From assembly GCF_006345805.1 (NCBI RefSeq), contig NC_043004.1:4402001-4466000 (forward strand): 64,000 nt of DNA, read 5' to 3'. Of the stretch, positions 11,681 to 25,822 are shown piece by piece; positions within the stretch are counted from its first letter, which is position 1; each line of letters starts with the position of its first letter. The notes beneath the pieces are model-generated. The model did not search any database and had not been told where the DNA came from. It saw only the letters and a list, made by a program, of their open reading frames with translations. The stretch is from Octopus sinensis (taxonomy: Eukaryota). A program made the translations under genes and the position numbers.

Positions 11681-11947
11681 ATTCTTTTTTTTCTTGATTG
11701 TTTTTTGAAACATCATAATCAACATTCATAATAATTAGAAAAAAAAAGCTTGATATTACAACTCTAGTGCTAGTAGATTGCAATAATTGGAAAGCTTGCA
11801 AATTACAATAATGGCTAACGAGTTCAACAGCAGTGTAAGGAAGTGTTTTAAGATGAAAACATAACTTCTGAAGGTGCATAGAAAATACAGTGATCAAAGC
11901 TGAGAATAAAAATTTATGTGTGCTTGCGCATGTTTGCGTGTGTGTGT

Positions 11948-12165
11948 ATGAAAGGGTGCTGAAAAGTTCTTAGCTTTGGATAAAAGAAAATACAGGAGGA
12001 TCAGTTAATTATGATTTTATTCAACATATTCCCCTGTCAGATTCACACACTTATTGCAGCAGTCCTTCAGTTTTTCTAAGCCTTGTAAAAGAACTTGGAA
12101 GGTTGGACCTCCAAACAGGCCTTTCACAATACCCTTAAAACCAAGAATTTTCCGGAACCCCCTAT
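11948..12165 (-). mobile_element. mariner-derived MITE copy
   Basis: Same family as 157-372. Confidence 0.75.
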
Positions 12166-12179
12166 GTATATATATATAT

Positions 12180-12545
12180 AGGTGCAGGTGTTGCTGTTTG
12201 GTAAGAAGCTTGCTTCCCAACCACATGGTTCCAGGTTCAGTCCAACTGAACCTGGAACCATGTGTTTTCTACTATAGCACCATGCTGACCAAAACATTGT
12301 GAGTGGATGTTGTAGATGGAAACAGAAAGAAGCCTTTTGTATATGTGTGTGTGTGTGCTTATGCGTGTGTTTGTCTTCCACCACCACCTGACAACCGATG
12401 TTGGTTTGTTTACATTCCTGTAACTCAGTAGCTCAGCAAGAGAAACTGACACAATAAGTACCAGGCTTTGTTTGACTAAATACTTCAAAGAGGTGTCCCA
12501 ACATGGCCACAGTCAAATGAATGAAACAAGCAGAAGGTAAAAGAT
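12180..12545 (+). mobile_element. tRNA-SINE family A copy
   Basis: Diverged match to 920-1335. Confidence 0.75.
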
Positions 12546-12699
12546 ATATATATATTTATATGTAGGTGGATAGACAATGGAAAGTGGCACTCAATTATAT
12601 GCCTGATGAGTTAGATTCATTCCACGAGCCTATAAATTGCATGAAGCACACACAGAACATACATTTATATATGTATGTATGTATGTATGTATATATATA

Positions 12700-12990
12700 T
12701 CGTCTAACCCATGCTAGCATGGAAAACGGACGTTAAACGATAATGATGAGGATATGTATATATATATATATATATATATATTTACGTATCCAACCCATGC
12801 TAGCATGGAAAGCGGACGTTAAAGGATGATGATGATATATAAATATATATATGTGCTAGGAAGGGCATCCAGCTGTAGAAACACTGCCAGATCAGACTGG
12901 GCCTGATGCAGCCTTCTGGCTTCACAGACCCCAGTTGAACTGTCCAACCCATGCTAGCATGTAAAACTGACGCTAAATGATGATGATGAT
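12700..12990 (+). repeat. Three RTE-tail fragments interleaved with (TA)n
   Basis: aacccatgctagcatggaaa.cggacgttaaa.gatgatg occurs at ~12700, ~12785 and ~12940. Confidence 0.75.
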
Positions 12991-13253
12991 GAAATATATA
13001 TACACATATGTATATACATATATAAACATATATATTTATGTATATACACACACACACGTGTGTGTGTGTATGTATGTATGTATGTATGTATAACTCCCAC
13101 ATATACCAAATGTCAATTTCTAAAAAGAATTAGTGAAGTAAAATTATGTAGCAACACCAAATGGTGGTGCAACAGCTCATGAGCTGAAACTAGATCAAAT
13201 AAAAAATAAAATATGTATATGTATGTATATATATATATAATATATATATATAT

Positions 13254-13290
<37 letters not shown>

Positions 13291-13463
13291 ACATATCATC
13301 ATCATCATCATCGTCGTTAACGTCCGTTCTCCATGCTAGCATGGGTATATATGTATATGTGTGTGTGTACATATATATATGTGTGTGTGTATGTATATAT
13401 CATCAGTAAATCATAAATCAAAAAAAGAAGCACACTCTAAGTTATAGAGCAGTAGAGTATATA

Positions 13464-13705
13464 TAGATAAAGATAGATATGGCCAGTCTATGGGGTTAAC
13501 TAGTGTTTCACGTCCAAAAAATGCTTAGCTTTAAAGCATTTCTTCAGACCCTAAACCCTATGGCCTCACTAGATAACTTTGTAGGGAGACCACTTACTAT
13601 AGAGGCCATAGGGTTTAGGGTCTGAAGAAACACTGTAAAGCTAAGTGCTTTATGGATGTGAAACCCAGGGTAACCCCATAGACCAGCCATATCCATCTTT
13701 ATCTA
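13464..13705. mobile_element. ~240-bp fold-back MITE
   Basis: Arms of ~105 bp (tagataaagatagatatggcc..ccctatggcctc / gaggccataggg..gccatatccatctttatcta) around a ~30-nt spacer, with TA ends. Confidence 0.75.
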
Positions 13706-14264
13706 CACAAACACACACACACACATCATCATTCTTATGTTCATACTTTCCATGTTAGCATGGTTTAAATGAGACTTAGTGGGGGGGGGGCAGTATACTA
13801 CAGCTGGATGATCTTCTGGTTACGAAACCTTATTAAAAAAAAAGAAAAAAGTAAGAGTTGGTGAGAGGAAGATTATTTATATTTTTATTCCACTTGTTTT
13901 CACAGAAAATAAAAAGCAATGAAAGCATGAAGCCATTGAATGTACTATCATGAAGCCAACATGAACAAACACACAACTGCTGATTATGTCAATGTACGTT
14001 AATGTGGAACAACCTCCCCCCCACACACACACACACACATATACCAAATGCAGGAATATAATTGTTATTTTCAGTTTTATACAACATATGTACTTTCTCT
14101 GCAAGCTAAATGTCACTAATATGTAAGCTGATTGGCCTATTATGCAATCTTATTGTGCATTTTTTTTTTTTTTTTGCTGATAACCAAAAGGAGTGAGCCT
14201 GTCAGCAAGAGGCTATAATAGAAGAGACCTGACCAAAGTACTATGCTGTGGGAAAAATACATAT

Positions 14265-14398
14265 ATTTATTATTCTTAAACAAGAATATTATTGACAATG
14301 ACTTTGAAGGTTCAGCTAGTTAGGCTACTGTCAGACAATGGCCTGAATGGCTGAAACTTCAAGGCCACTCTCAATATTCTTGTTTAAGAATAATAAAT
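14265..14398. repeat. 134-nt palindromic hairpin
   Basis: 26-bp perfect outer stem atttattattcttaaacaagaatatt, plus inner stems ttgaaggttcagc/gctgaaacttcaa and aggcta/tggcct. Confidence 0.75.
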
Positions 14399-16492
14399 TT
14401 GTGCTTCACAAAAGTAAATAGTAACCCATCAGATTAATGTTAAATTCTTCTGTTATAACTGAATATAAAAGCAAACATTAATATATATGCATATATACAC
14501 ACTATGGGTATTCTGAATTTTAGAATAAGAACATTAAATCCCTGGAAGTTGTAAGAAGTGACTAAAAGGTTTGCATTAGGAAAGGCATCCAGCCATAAAA
14601 TACTTCATTAAAATGCCTCATCTAACCCATGCCAGCCTGGAATTGTGTATGTAAAAATTATATGTATGGGCCTTGTTCAGAAAGTCATTGGATCACCAGA
14701 CATGGTGTTTTTTGACTCGACATAGTCTCTTTAGTAATGAATACCCTGGACATTTCTGAGCTAAGCCAACAGATGCTATTCCAACATAGAAGTTGGCAAA
14801 CATACCATTTACTTATTTGTGTGAATGATAGCCAGGCTAGAATTAAATAAATATATGCACTTGAAACAGACTAAAATACCTTTATGTAGTCACTTATGCT
14901 AGAAATAGCAAATCACATATCCTAATAATTTTTTAAAAACCCACAAAACAGAAAATACATTGGAGAATGTAGTCTTGTGTATGCATAGATATTGCCAAAG
15001 TTAAATAGACACCATCACTTTTCAATGATTTATTTCTAGAAACAAAATAATGTCATCTGATGCATTAAAATAGTTAATCTAGTATTTAGTTGGCCTGCCT
15101 CAAGCAGATTCCAATGACTTAACCTGTTTGGTCAATGTACTAAGTAGTGTCTGCACAGATAAAATGATATAATGAGAGGCCTGCTCAATGAGGACTGAGC
15201 AATGAGGGGCTTAACATCAGTAACACCAATACTTTGTACCTCCACAGTTTAAGTCTGAACTTGTTACAAAGCTATTAGTTTGATATTCCCATCATAAACT
15301 ACAGCAGTATACAAACCACCAAGTTACAGCAAGATGTAGTCTCTAGTCTTTCAATAGTCATTAATTTTTCACACAATCTCTCATTCAACCAATAAATATA
15401 CATTTCTGAATGTTTGCTTAGTGATTTAATTGCTAATGCTTCAGTAAATTATAAGTTTGCATTTTGCTGAAGAAGTTCTGAGAATGAAGCATGTTTATGA
15501 ATCTCAACCCACTTTAGATATTTCAGTGTTGCTTTAGCTAGTTAATGCATTAGATACACTTTCACTTACTTATCTATTAGTTACCATGCAGGTGGCATTG
15601 CAGAATAATTTAATTTTTCATTAAGTAATTGAATGAGCTGAGTGGGAATTGAATCCACATCGTACACACATATACACTATACTCTCCGCTAAGCTGCAGG
15701 TGAATTTTAAGAGCTAGTGCTTAACTAAAGAATCGTGATATTGGATGAGAGATAATCCTCCCACAGGTAAAACACTAGTCTTTATAACTAACATTCTCAG
15801 ACAATGTGGCAACTATTTCTAAGAAATAGGTGGACTGAGGCAACGCAAAATAAAATTTTCTGCTCTGATACACAAAGAAATGCCTGCAGTACATTTGAAC
15901 AACTGAACTGATATGAAACAATCCAATCCCTTACCTACTAATCCATATCACTTTTACAACTTAATACTGTTCATATAAGCTTTGACATACCCACAAAACA
16001 TTCCAGCCCAAATACTGTCAAATTTTTAACAAATACAAAGCTATGTATTAGAACAAGATGGGTCACTATTGGCCAAGTTGTTCAAGTGCTAACTGTGTTC
16101 CTGACATTAGCTTTCATTAGTTGTGTTCACTTGACTGTGCAACAGTAAAATACAGTTCACTTATTTATGTAGGAGGCCTTTTTGTAAGCATATAAGCATA
16201 GGTATGTGTATACATGCACACACATGTACAACTGCCACCACCACCGTTTACTGTCCATTTCTTTGCTTGAATGGATCAAATAGAATTTGCAGAGGAGGAT
16301 TATTTATAGCAAGATACCCTTCCTGAATATATAGCAGCCACTGACTGGTTATGTTAATTCACCTCCAACAATAGAGAGCAGTTGCCATATTCCCTTCCAT
16401 ATCGGCTAACTTTGATGAGAATAAGATTGTTATCTAACACTCCATTGTATTCCTTGTGTGAAACCAAATGATAAGATCAGCCGTGATGGATA

Positions 16493-17772
16493 TATCAGGT
16501 CATTAAGAATGAAATGTCCAATTTTGAACTGAAAGTTTATTTTTACCTTATCTCAACAAAAAGCAATGCAGTTAATCAAAGTATGCACCTAAATTATCAA
16601 CACAATTTTGCCATTTTATCAGTAGCTTATTTATGCTCACAGCAAAGAATTCTGGAGAGCAAGAAGTGATTAAATTACGAAAGGCTGTTTTTGTATCTTC
16701 TTCAGATTTGAAATTTCTGCCTTGCAAAATGTTGTCTAATCGCTGGAAAATGTGATAGTCAGTTGGTGCAAGGCCTGGTGAATATGGTGGTTGACAGAGT
16801 ACTTCCAAGTTCAGTTCCTATAACTTGAGTAGCATTCTTTGTGAAACATGTGGTCAAGCATTCTCTTGCAAGAGAATTGGCCTGTCTCTATAGACCTATC
16901 TCAGTTGTTTAATTGCAAGTTCATGCATCATTTCATCCAGTTGGTTGATGTATACATCCACTGTAATTGACTTACGAGGTTTCATGAAGCTGTAGTGGAT
17001 GACACCAGCACTGGACAACCTAACAGACACCATTAACTTTTGTTTGGTGAATATTCTTTTTTGGATTGTTTTGGCACTTCGTCTCTATTCAACTACCATG
17101 CATAACACTTGCTATTGTTGAAAAGAATCCATTTTTCATCACACATAACAACACAGTGCAAAAATGGTTTGCTTTTATGCTGTGGCAGTAAAGAACAGCA
17201 AGTTTCAAAATGACATGTCATTTGATGCTCATTCAGTTTGTGTGGTACCCACTTGTCCAGCTTCTTTACCATGACGATTTGTTTCAGATAGTCCTATACA
17301 GTTGGAATCGAAATATCAAACCTTGCTGCTAACTCATGCATAATTTCAGATGTATATTTCCACTATAGTTTCATCATCGACCTTGGTCTCAGGTCTACCA
17401 TGTGGATGATTTTCAAGAATAAAGTCACCAGACTGGTACTTCTCAAACCATTGATGTACAGAACGTTCATCTGCCACATCTTCACCAAACACCTCATTGA
17501 GGTTTCAAGCTGTCTGAGATGCATTGGTTCCATGAAGGAACTCATATTCATAAACAACACAAATTTTTGATCTATCCATGGGTTCACAAAAATTGATTTG
17601 AAAGAGAAAACTCACAATATAATCAGACACCATGAGTTGCATTTCAAAAAGTGATGATGTAACTCTTCAATGTCGTAAAACAAAGAATTGTCAGGATAAA
17701 ACGTTAGAGTTAACGACTGTCAAACATGGTGCATAAGAAAATCGGACATTTCATTCTTAACGACCTGAGATA
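16493..17772 (-). mobile_element. Full-length decayed mariner (~1.28 kb)
   Basis: TIRs tcaggtcattaagaatgaaatgtcc / ggacatttcattcttaacgacctga with TA flanks. C-terminal ORF EVLCQPPYSPGLAPTDYHIF..WQNCVDNLGAYFD*. Confidence 0.9.
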
Positions 17773-17925
17773 CTACTATATATTTTGGATAACCATAATG
17801 ATATCTGTGGGGCAGCTGATGATGGAGGTATGTTGGATTGTTGGTATAGCTGTTTTTGTATATCTGAAATAGCATTATTGGATTTTCATATGGTTGTGGA
17901 ATAGTATAATAACACATCCTTTTGA

Positions 17926-18350
17926 TATATCAACATCATCATCGTTTAACATCCGTTTTCCGTGCTAACATGGACTGGACGGTTCGACCAGGGTCTGGGA
18001 AGCCAGGAGACTGCACCAGGCTCCAGTCTGATCTGGCAGTGTTTCTACAGCTGGATGCTCTTCCTAACGCCAACCATTCCATGAGTGTAATGAATGCTTT
18101 TTACATGCCACTGGCACAGGTGCCAGGGGAGGTTGGCATCGACCATGATTGGATGGTGCTTTTTATATGCCACCGGCACAGGTATCATAACTACAATTTC
18201 CATTTGATTTTTATTTTGATGTTGATGTACTTGACTCAATATGTCTCCTCAAGCACAGCAGGTCGCCCTATGATCCAAGGAAAGCACAGCAGGCCGTCCT
18301 GCAATCCAGGTACTTTGGACGGGCTGGGGCTGCTATGTGAAGCTGGTGCA
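17926..18350 (-). mobile_element. RTE-type 3' UTR element
   Basis: Reverse complement of the 47560-48240 family. Confidence 0.75.
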
Positions 18351-18354
18351 GGGA

Positions 18355-18413
<59 letters not shown>

Positions 18414-20109
18414 TCTTTTTGTCTTTTACTGGTTTCAGTCATTGAACTGCAGTCATTCAAAAGCACTGCCTCAAAGGCTTTTACACAATCACGTAGACTC
18501 CAGTATTTATTTCAGCTCAGTAAATATTTCATAGTCTCTATTTGACAAGCAACTATATTACAGCACATGAAAAAGAAAACAACATAGGTAATAGCATTGA
18601 TTTTTAGACTGTTGCAAACACGGACACATATGCAGATATACAATAGGCTCCTTTACAATTTCCATCTACCAAATTCAACTCAAAATGTATTAATCAATAT
18701 AAGGCTATAGCAGGAGACACTCATCCAAGGTGCCAGCTAATGGGATTGAACTTCAATACAGTATGACTACACTTATATCATAAATATATATATATATTCT
18801 TTGATCCTCTAGGCACAAGGCCTGAAAATTTTTTTTGGGGGGGGGCAGTCCATTAGATCGATCCCAGTACGCAACTGGTACTTAATTTATCGACCTCAAA
18901 AGATGAAAGGCAAAGTTGTCCTCGGTGGAATTTGAACTCAGAACATAAAGACAGACGAAATACTACTAAGCATTTCACATGGCGCACTAACATTTCTGCC
19001 AGCTCGCCACCTTTAAATATATATATATATTGCTGGGTGGTTGGTGTTAGGAAGGGCATCCAGCCATAAGAACCTTGCCATAACAGACACAGAAGTCTGG
19101 TGCAGACTTCTGCCTGGCCTGCTCCTGTCAAACCATCCAACCCATGCCAGCATAGAAGGTGGACGTTAAACGGTGATGATGATGAGATATCTATATATAT
19201 ATATATATAAAACAGCTAAAAAGCAAGAAGTGTTGCCTCTGGAAATCTGACAGGGGGCAACATGGGGCAGATATGTTTTCACACCTTTTGCCACAAGAGA
19301 GAATTTTTTTCTCTCCATGATAAGTGCAGTGAAGTTGAAATATGTCACAAACATATTTTAACTAACCTAAAGTTTGCTTATGTTTAAATACTGTGTCGTA
19401 CTGATACTGTGAACTTATATAGCTCGTAGGATGAGCTCCTGGATCTTAAGAACCTTCAGGTTCTAATGTTCTTAGCTTAGTTTTTTCTTTGGGGCTGGCC
19501 AGATTGGAGCAATCTAAAGTATAATCAGCCAAAATTGCAAAGATAATCTGGTACTTGGTTGAGGAAAGAAAACTTCGAATGACCCGTCCTTGTTTCCTTT
19601 GTATCGTCTATCACGATGTTTTGTTGTCCCATTTTTGTATCACCTAACTGTCTGGATGTTTTGTGTTCTTGTCCCATTTTGTATTTTATATATATATATA
19701 TATATATAATTTATATAGATTTGTCATCAGCATAAAACATCTGTCTTCTACACTGGCACAAGTGGACAGTTCAACAGGATCTGAAAAACCTGAGGGCTAC
19801 AATGAACTCCATTATCTACTTGAGCATAGTTTCTATAACTGCATACCTTTCCTAGTATCAACCACTTTACAGAGTATACTGAGTGTTTTTTTTTGTCTTT
19901 ATTTTTAAAATGACATAGTGAGGTCAGCAAATAACTCACAAAACAAGACCCTTCAACTAGGTAGGGGTGTGGTATTGAGGGAGATTGCTTTGTGCCAGGT
20001 GTTGAAAGGTTAAAGTAGGATAGAGGGACAAGAACATACTCTTGTTGTAGAAGAGATACATGGCTACATCAGCAGGAAAGAGAGAAAATATGGTGGTGAT
20101 GAGGTGAGA

Positions 20110-20760
20110 GGCACACCTCAGAATACATGAAGGTGAATATAAGAGAGAATAGGGACAGAGAATAGAAGGGTCAGTGGGTAAATTTGCATGAGTGTGACAG
20201 GAGAATAATACATGGTCAGAGATGGGAATAGAGGTAAATGTAGGAAATGGTGAACAGGGGTGAAGATGGAGTTGATAGTGGATGTTAGTTTGGGGGAGAA
20301 GGTGAAGGAAAATGGGAGTGGGTCAAGGAAAATGAGATCATGAGGAGCAATACATAAAAAGGTGTGGAGAGCAGCAGCATAATAACACCACAGATAGACT
20401 AGAGATGATGTGTAATGTGGGTAGTGAGAGAGGGAGGTACAGTGACAGAGACAGACGTCAGAGATACGTAGGGATGGATATAGTGCGTGACAAAAAAAAA
20501 AGGTGGGATGGGCATTGATGGCAGATATGAGAGGGTGGTTCAAGGGAAAATAAAGAAGATAAGAGATGATATTGAGAATCTTGGATGGGTCACAAAAGAA
20601 AGTGAGTCCAAGGAGTGGGAAAATGTTAGTACAAAAGGGAGGGGTCAAATAATTGCAGTTCTGTTCTCTTATAATTACAGCAGTAGAGGAATAGTACCAT
20701 AATTAGAAGAGTAATAGAAGGATGGGTGTAAGGAAGATGAGTAGTGGGGAAGACTTAGTA
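20110..20760 (-). pseudogene. Heavily decayed retroelement RT fragment (probably PLE-like)
   Basis: Purine-rich plus strand. Minus-strand motifs PLISAINA.PT and SSCHTH are reminiscent of a PLE RT/thumb region. Weak match. Confidence 0.4.
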
Positions 20761-23700
20761 GGGGCAAATTGGGTGCAGAGGGCAGACATAAATAATATGC
20801 TTTTAGGACCTCATGTTTTGGCAAGATGGATAGGTGTTCTCGAGCACAGCAAAATTGCCAATTCTCTTAGTCCTTTGTCATCTCCTTCATGAATCTTAAC
20901 ATTCTGAGGTCAGTCTTCACTACTTTCTCTTGTTCTTTCTGGATCTCCCTCCTCCACAGGTTCTATTTTACCATCTCTCTCTTTCCAGCTGGGGTAGCTA
21001 TGTATTTCCTTCACCAAGACACCTGTTCCTGTCTCTCTATCACACTTCCACCTCCTTCAAATAATAAATAAATAAATGCGCCCTTTTAAAGCCTAGCCAG
21101 GCTCATGGGCCTGGTTTCCCGGTTTCAATGGTGTATGTGTTCCCCAGCAGCGTTACTCATTTTTGCCAGCTGAGTGGACTGGAGTAACGTGAAATGAAGT
21201 GTTTTGCTCAAGAACACAACGCGTCGCCCGGTCCAGGAATCAAAACCACAATCTTACGATCATGATACTGACACCCTAACCACTAAGCCACGCGCCTCCA
21301 CTACCTCCTTCAAAACCACACCTATTTAGCTGAGGATGGGGAGGGGCTAGGGTTAGGAGTACTTGGTGCTCTCACTAGTGCCAGTGCCATGAAAAAAGCA
21401 CTGGTACACTCTGTAAAGTGGTTGGCATTAGGAAGGATCTCTAGGTTGGCATTAGGAAGGCATGTCTAGAAATTATGCCAAAGATGACAGTAGAGCTTGG
21501 TGCACTTCTCTGGCTTGTAAGTTAGTAAGTAGCAGAATAAAGAACCAATGAAAATCATTTACACCTATCTGATCTTCCTGTATATCTAGGACTACACTGT
21601 CCAAAATGTATCCTATAAAAGTCAAATCAGCTATGAAATTATATATAAAAAAAAAATTGTAACAGAAAAGTTACAAACAATTTTTAGATTGCAGAAACTC
21701 AAAATTTCGAGGTAGAGTCTACTGTTAGTATTTAATATGTCTTCTTTTCAATCCCCTTGCAACTACTAAATACCATAATTCAATAAATTGACAATTAAGT
21801 TGATCACTTATGCATCAGTGAAACTGGAAACCCATGTTATGTTTTATTCTGTGAGTATTAAAGGCAGGAGGTTTTCGAGTTTGTGCTACCTCATGAGAAA
21901 TTTGTCCAGAACATCACAAGCACATCTGCTCTCAATAACAGTGCAAAGAAAGACACAGATGTGTTACTAAGAACAAGTATTAATGCAATAGTGAGAAATC
22001 ACCTTGAGTGGAATTGATAGCTATTAAGCTTAGTTTCAATGAGATTAGTAAGGTAATCAAGGAGATGAAGTTAAGGAAACTGCAAGTCTATCAGAGTGAG
22101 TTGCTGAGATGTTTGAAGTATCTGATTATATAGATATTAACTCTGAAAATTTTCCCAAGAGTGTTTTCTGTATGAAGAACATATAGATAAGTACAGGTTA
22201 CCATACTTGATGTGCTAACCAAAAATAATGTAAGCAAAATTAGCATTAATGAAAATTGCCCTCAAAATGAATAAGGAAGAGCCATTTAACTAGCTAGTAC
22301 AAATTGTTATCTCTAATGACTTACAGAAGTTTTACCAAGAGTAAAAGGCGTCCCTGAAGAAAGGTATTTATAGGGCTTTATAATGAAAAGTTATAATGCT
22401 GTTTTTGTTGTTTAGCCCCAGGTCAGTTCTATCTCAATAGATCTATGATCAAAGGTGTAGTTACTTTGAGCATCCTGACTTTTATTTTTAGATGTGTCCA
22501 GGTCAATATTATCCAATATGTCTTTCCCTTTTTAAAGCAGTAAGGTGTGATTTGGTTATTTCTTGTAGGTAGAATGACCAATTAGGGGTTTTCTTGTCGG
22601 CTTACAATGAATCAAGTTTTGAAAGGAGACAAGAAGTTTTATCATAGTTAGTACAAAACAGGGTTCAGTTGGACAGGATACAGTTTCGGCTTGCACAAAG
22701 TCTTAAACCACTGATTTAATATTTCTTATGGGACAAGAGCAAAAAAAATTCTTAAGTAAAAAAAAATATTCTACTCAGCATTTGTGAATCTGGAGAAGAT
22801 CTTTAACGGGATCTCACTGCCCTTTGTCGAGCAGGTACCAAGAAATCTAGGTGCAGATGAATGATTTGTAACAGCCAAACAACAAATGAATGAAGATATT
22901 GCGAGCAAGTTTAGGATTAGCAGTGAATTCATTGAAGAATTTAGTGGATGAGTAAGTGTTCAAAAGGAGATAGACAGAAACTATGATGGGGTACCAAAAA
23001 GTTCCTGGCTTTAAGGGTATCGCAAAAGGCTTGGTTGGAAGCCCAACCTTCCAAGTTCTTTTACATGGCTTAGAAAAACTTCAGGACCACTGCAATAAGT
23101 GTGTGAATCTGAGAGAGGAATATGCTGAATAAAATCATAATTAACTGATCCTCCTGTATTGCTTTTACTTAAAGCCAGGAACTTTTCAGCACCCCCTCAT
23201 ATGCTGAAGTCCATTCATTCAGATAGACTGTACCTGTTCTATCAAGTAGATGAATACCACAATATGGCCATTAAACACCCCTAGTGGAGTCCATTTTGTT
23301 ACTAGTATTTAGACCAAATCTTAAGTCTGAGGATAACTCAATACTGTGATGTGCACTTTCTTCCTGCAGCCTAGCAAATAGCAAATCATGAGTTATGCTT
23401 CCATCCTAAATTTACCCCAACATATCTCAGAGGCTGTACAAAAACAGGGCCATGGGCACTGCCTTTACTCTTGTAACTAAACTACAGAAATGAGATAGAA
23501 AAATACTTTTCAGTATTTAGTTAAGGTTGTTAATGTTTACAAGTTCAAATCCTGCCAAAGTTAATTTTGCTTTTTACCCTTTAAATAAGTACCAGTCACA
23601 TACTAAGTCGGCCTCATTGACTACACCTAAAAATTTGTGGCTTTGTTCCAACATACGAAAACATGATTGTTTCCTATGTTACTTCTAGTGTTATTGATTC

Positions 23701-24433
23701 TATCTCACTCAAACGATTTATTCATATCTTCTTATAGATGCCATCTTTTGTTTTATTGAATAAACAACATTGATTGTTCCTAAAACTGCATCATCAAAAG
23801 AAGATCTGTCTATACATCAACATCTATGTATATGCCTGTGTGCATTTTTGTGTGCATATTGCAGGTATAATGTCTCTCTATACATCTGCATCTATGTATA
23901 TATGTACTGTTATTAGTTTCAGTTATGAGATTGCAACCATGCTGATGCACCGCCTTCAATTTTTTAGACTATCACATTGACCTCCTTTAAATCCTCTAAG
24001 CAAGCCACACCAACACACACACACACACGCACACCTCACCAAGCCAACTACAACAACTCTTTTCCAGACATTTCTTTTTTTGTTCCGACACACCTAGTTA
24101 CAACAAACACTTGGTAAGCAAGTGCTCATCATTCCTCAAAACACCAACCAGTTATCGTAACAACACACTTGCACATCAATGAAGAAAATAAAAAAAAAAC
24201 ATTTTTACAAACTTAAAAAAGTTCAATAGAACAGGTGAGACTAAGAAATGGAATCAAGGTTTTTTTTAATGTTTTTGTTCTTTTCTACAAAATTCAGAAG
24301 CATTACAACAGCAACATAGACACTGCAGCTCATGCATTCAACAAAACAATTAGACATCAAAAATAGAAAAAAATACATCCCACAAAGCAACATAGAAATA
24401 TAACCCTAGTTACACACCCAGAAACAGATGGCC

Positions 24434-24659
24434 TTAATCCTTTAGCATTTAAGCAGGTCATATCCAGCCAAGATATTCTACCTGTTTTATATTCAAACTG
24501 GCCAGATCTAGCCTCTCACACAAACCCTAGTGTCATTCCAAAACTACACAACCACATTGTTGAAATCTCAAAACTATGAGATAATGCATGATTAATTCAA
24601 AACGATGTGAATAAATAAGTATTACATTTGACAGAATAATCTGAATGCTAAAGGGTTAA
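24434..24659. mobile_element. piggyBac-type MITE
   Basis: TTAA at both ends, with TIRs (c)cctttagcatt / aatgctaaaggg. Confidence 0.75.
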
Positions 24660-24804
24660 AAATAACCCTCTAAAATCAAACTCAACTCAAATAAAATTCA
24701 ACACAAAACAACTAAAAAAAAAAGGAAAAACGAAAACAATAAATTATAGACAAACAAAATTGGTAAACAATTTTATACAACACAAACTACAAAACTGACG
24801 TCAA

Positions 24805-24995
24805 TTCTATATTTCTGAGATGAGGAATTTTAAAATTAGGTATGTTGCTTACATCAGTTGGACTGGTATCCTTTTGACTGTTGCTTTCACTATGTTTTGA
24901 CCGCATATGCTGCAGCCTTCTTCAGGTGTCTTGCGATTCACCTTAGTGCCTTGTCTGGGATTGAATTCAGAACCTCTAAATGAGGACCACCATTC
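24805..24995 (-). mobile_element. Older sister subfamily of the hammerhead tRNA-SINE (monomer)
   Basis: tRNA-like head, then caagacacCTGAAGAaggctgca(gcata)tgcggtcAAAAC, and the same 3' terminus aattcctcatctc..aaatatagaa. Confidence 0.6.
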
Positions 24996-25822
24996 CAACT
25001 AATGTAAGCAGTGTACATAAAACTAACATTGTTTTAACAGCTTTTAACAGTTTTTCCATGCTTGTCCAGGTCAGATGGAATTAGTTGAAGCAGATTTTTT
25101 TATGGCCAAATGCCCTTCCTGTTGCCAACCCTCATTTATTACCAAGTAAGGTAATATTTCCAACCCATGCCAACATGGAAAATGGATGTTAAAGGATGAT
25201 GATAGTGATGATGATGATGATGGCAGGTTTCTTTCAGTTTCCATGTACCAAATCCATTCACAAGGCTTTGGTCAGCTTGGAGCTATAGAAAACACTTGCC
25301 CAAGGTGTCATGCAGTGAAACTGAACCTGGAACCATGTGGTTGGGAAGCAAACTTCTTACCACACAGCCACACCTACACATATGCAGATATTCCAACTCT
25401 CCTTAAACCACCCAGACACTTGGCTCCATAACCACAGATTCAAAGTAACAACTACAAAACCCAATGTCTTCCAACTATCGAACTCATCATCGTCTTTCAA
25501 CATTCACATTCCCACTTGCATGAGTCAAATGGAATTTACTGAGGCAGATCCGCTATGGCCAGATGCCCTTCTTGTCACTAACTCTCACCTGTTTCCAAGC
25601 ATGGAAATACAGATTTCAAATTTTGTCTCAAAGCCAGTAATTTCAGGGGAGGGGGTAAGTTGATTACATCAACCACAGTGTTCATCTGGTACGCTTTATT
25701 GACCCTGAAAGGGTGAAAGGCAAAGACAACCTCAACAGGATTTGAACTGAGAACATGAAGACAGATGAAATGCCACTAAGTATTTTGCCTAGTATGCTAA
25801 TGATTCTACCAGCTTGCCACCT

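Noticed and set aside
13895-14000. Strong plus-strand acceptor (ttgttttcacag) with a downstream gtacgt
   Set aside because: All three frames close within 16 codons and there are no supporting neighbouring exons.
20118-20648. 176-aa ORF as a host gene
   Set aside because: Compositionally biased, with no splice context. It looks like the stop-poor strand of a decayed retroelement.
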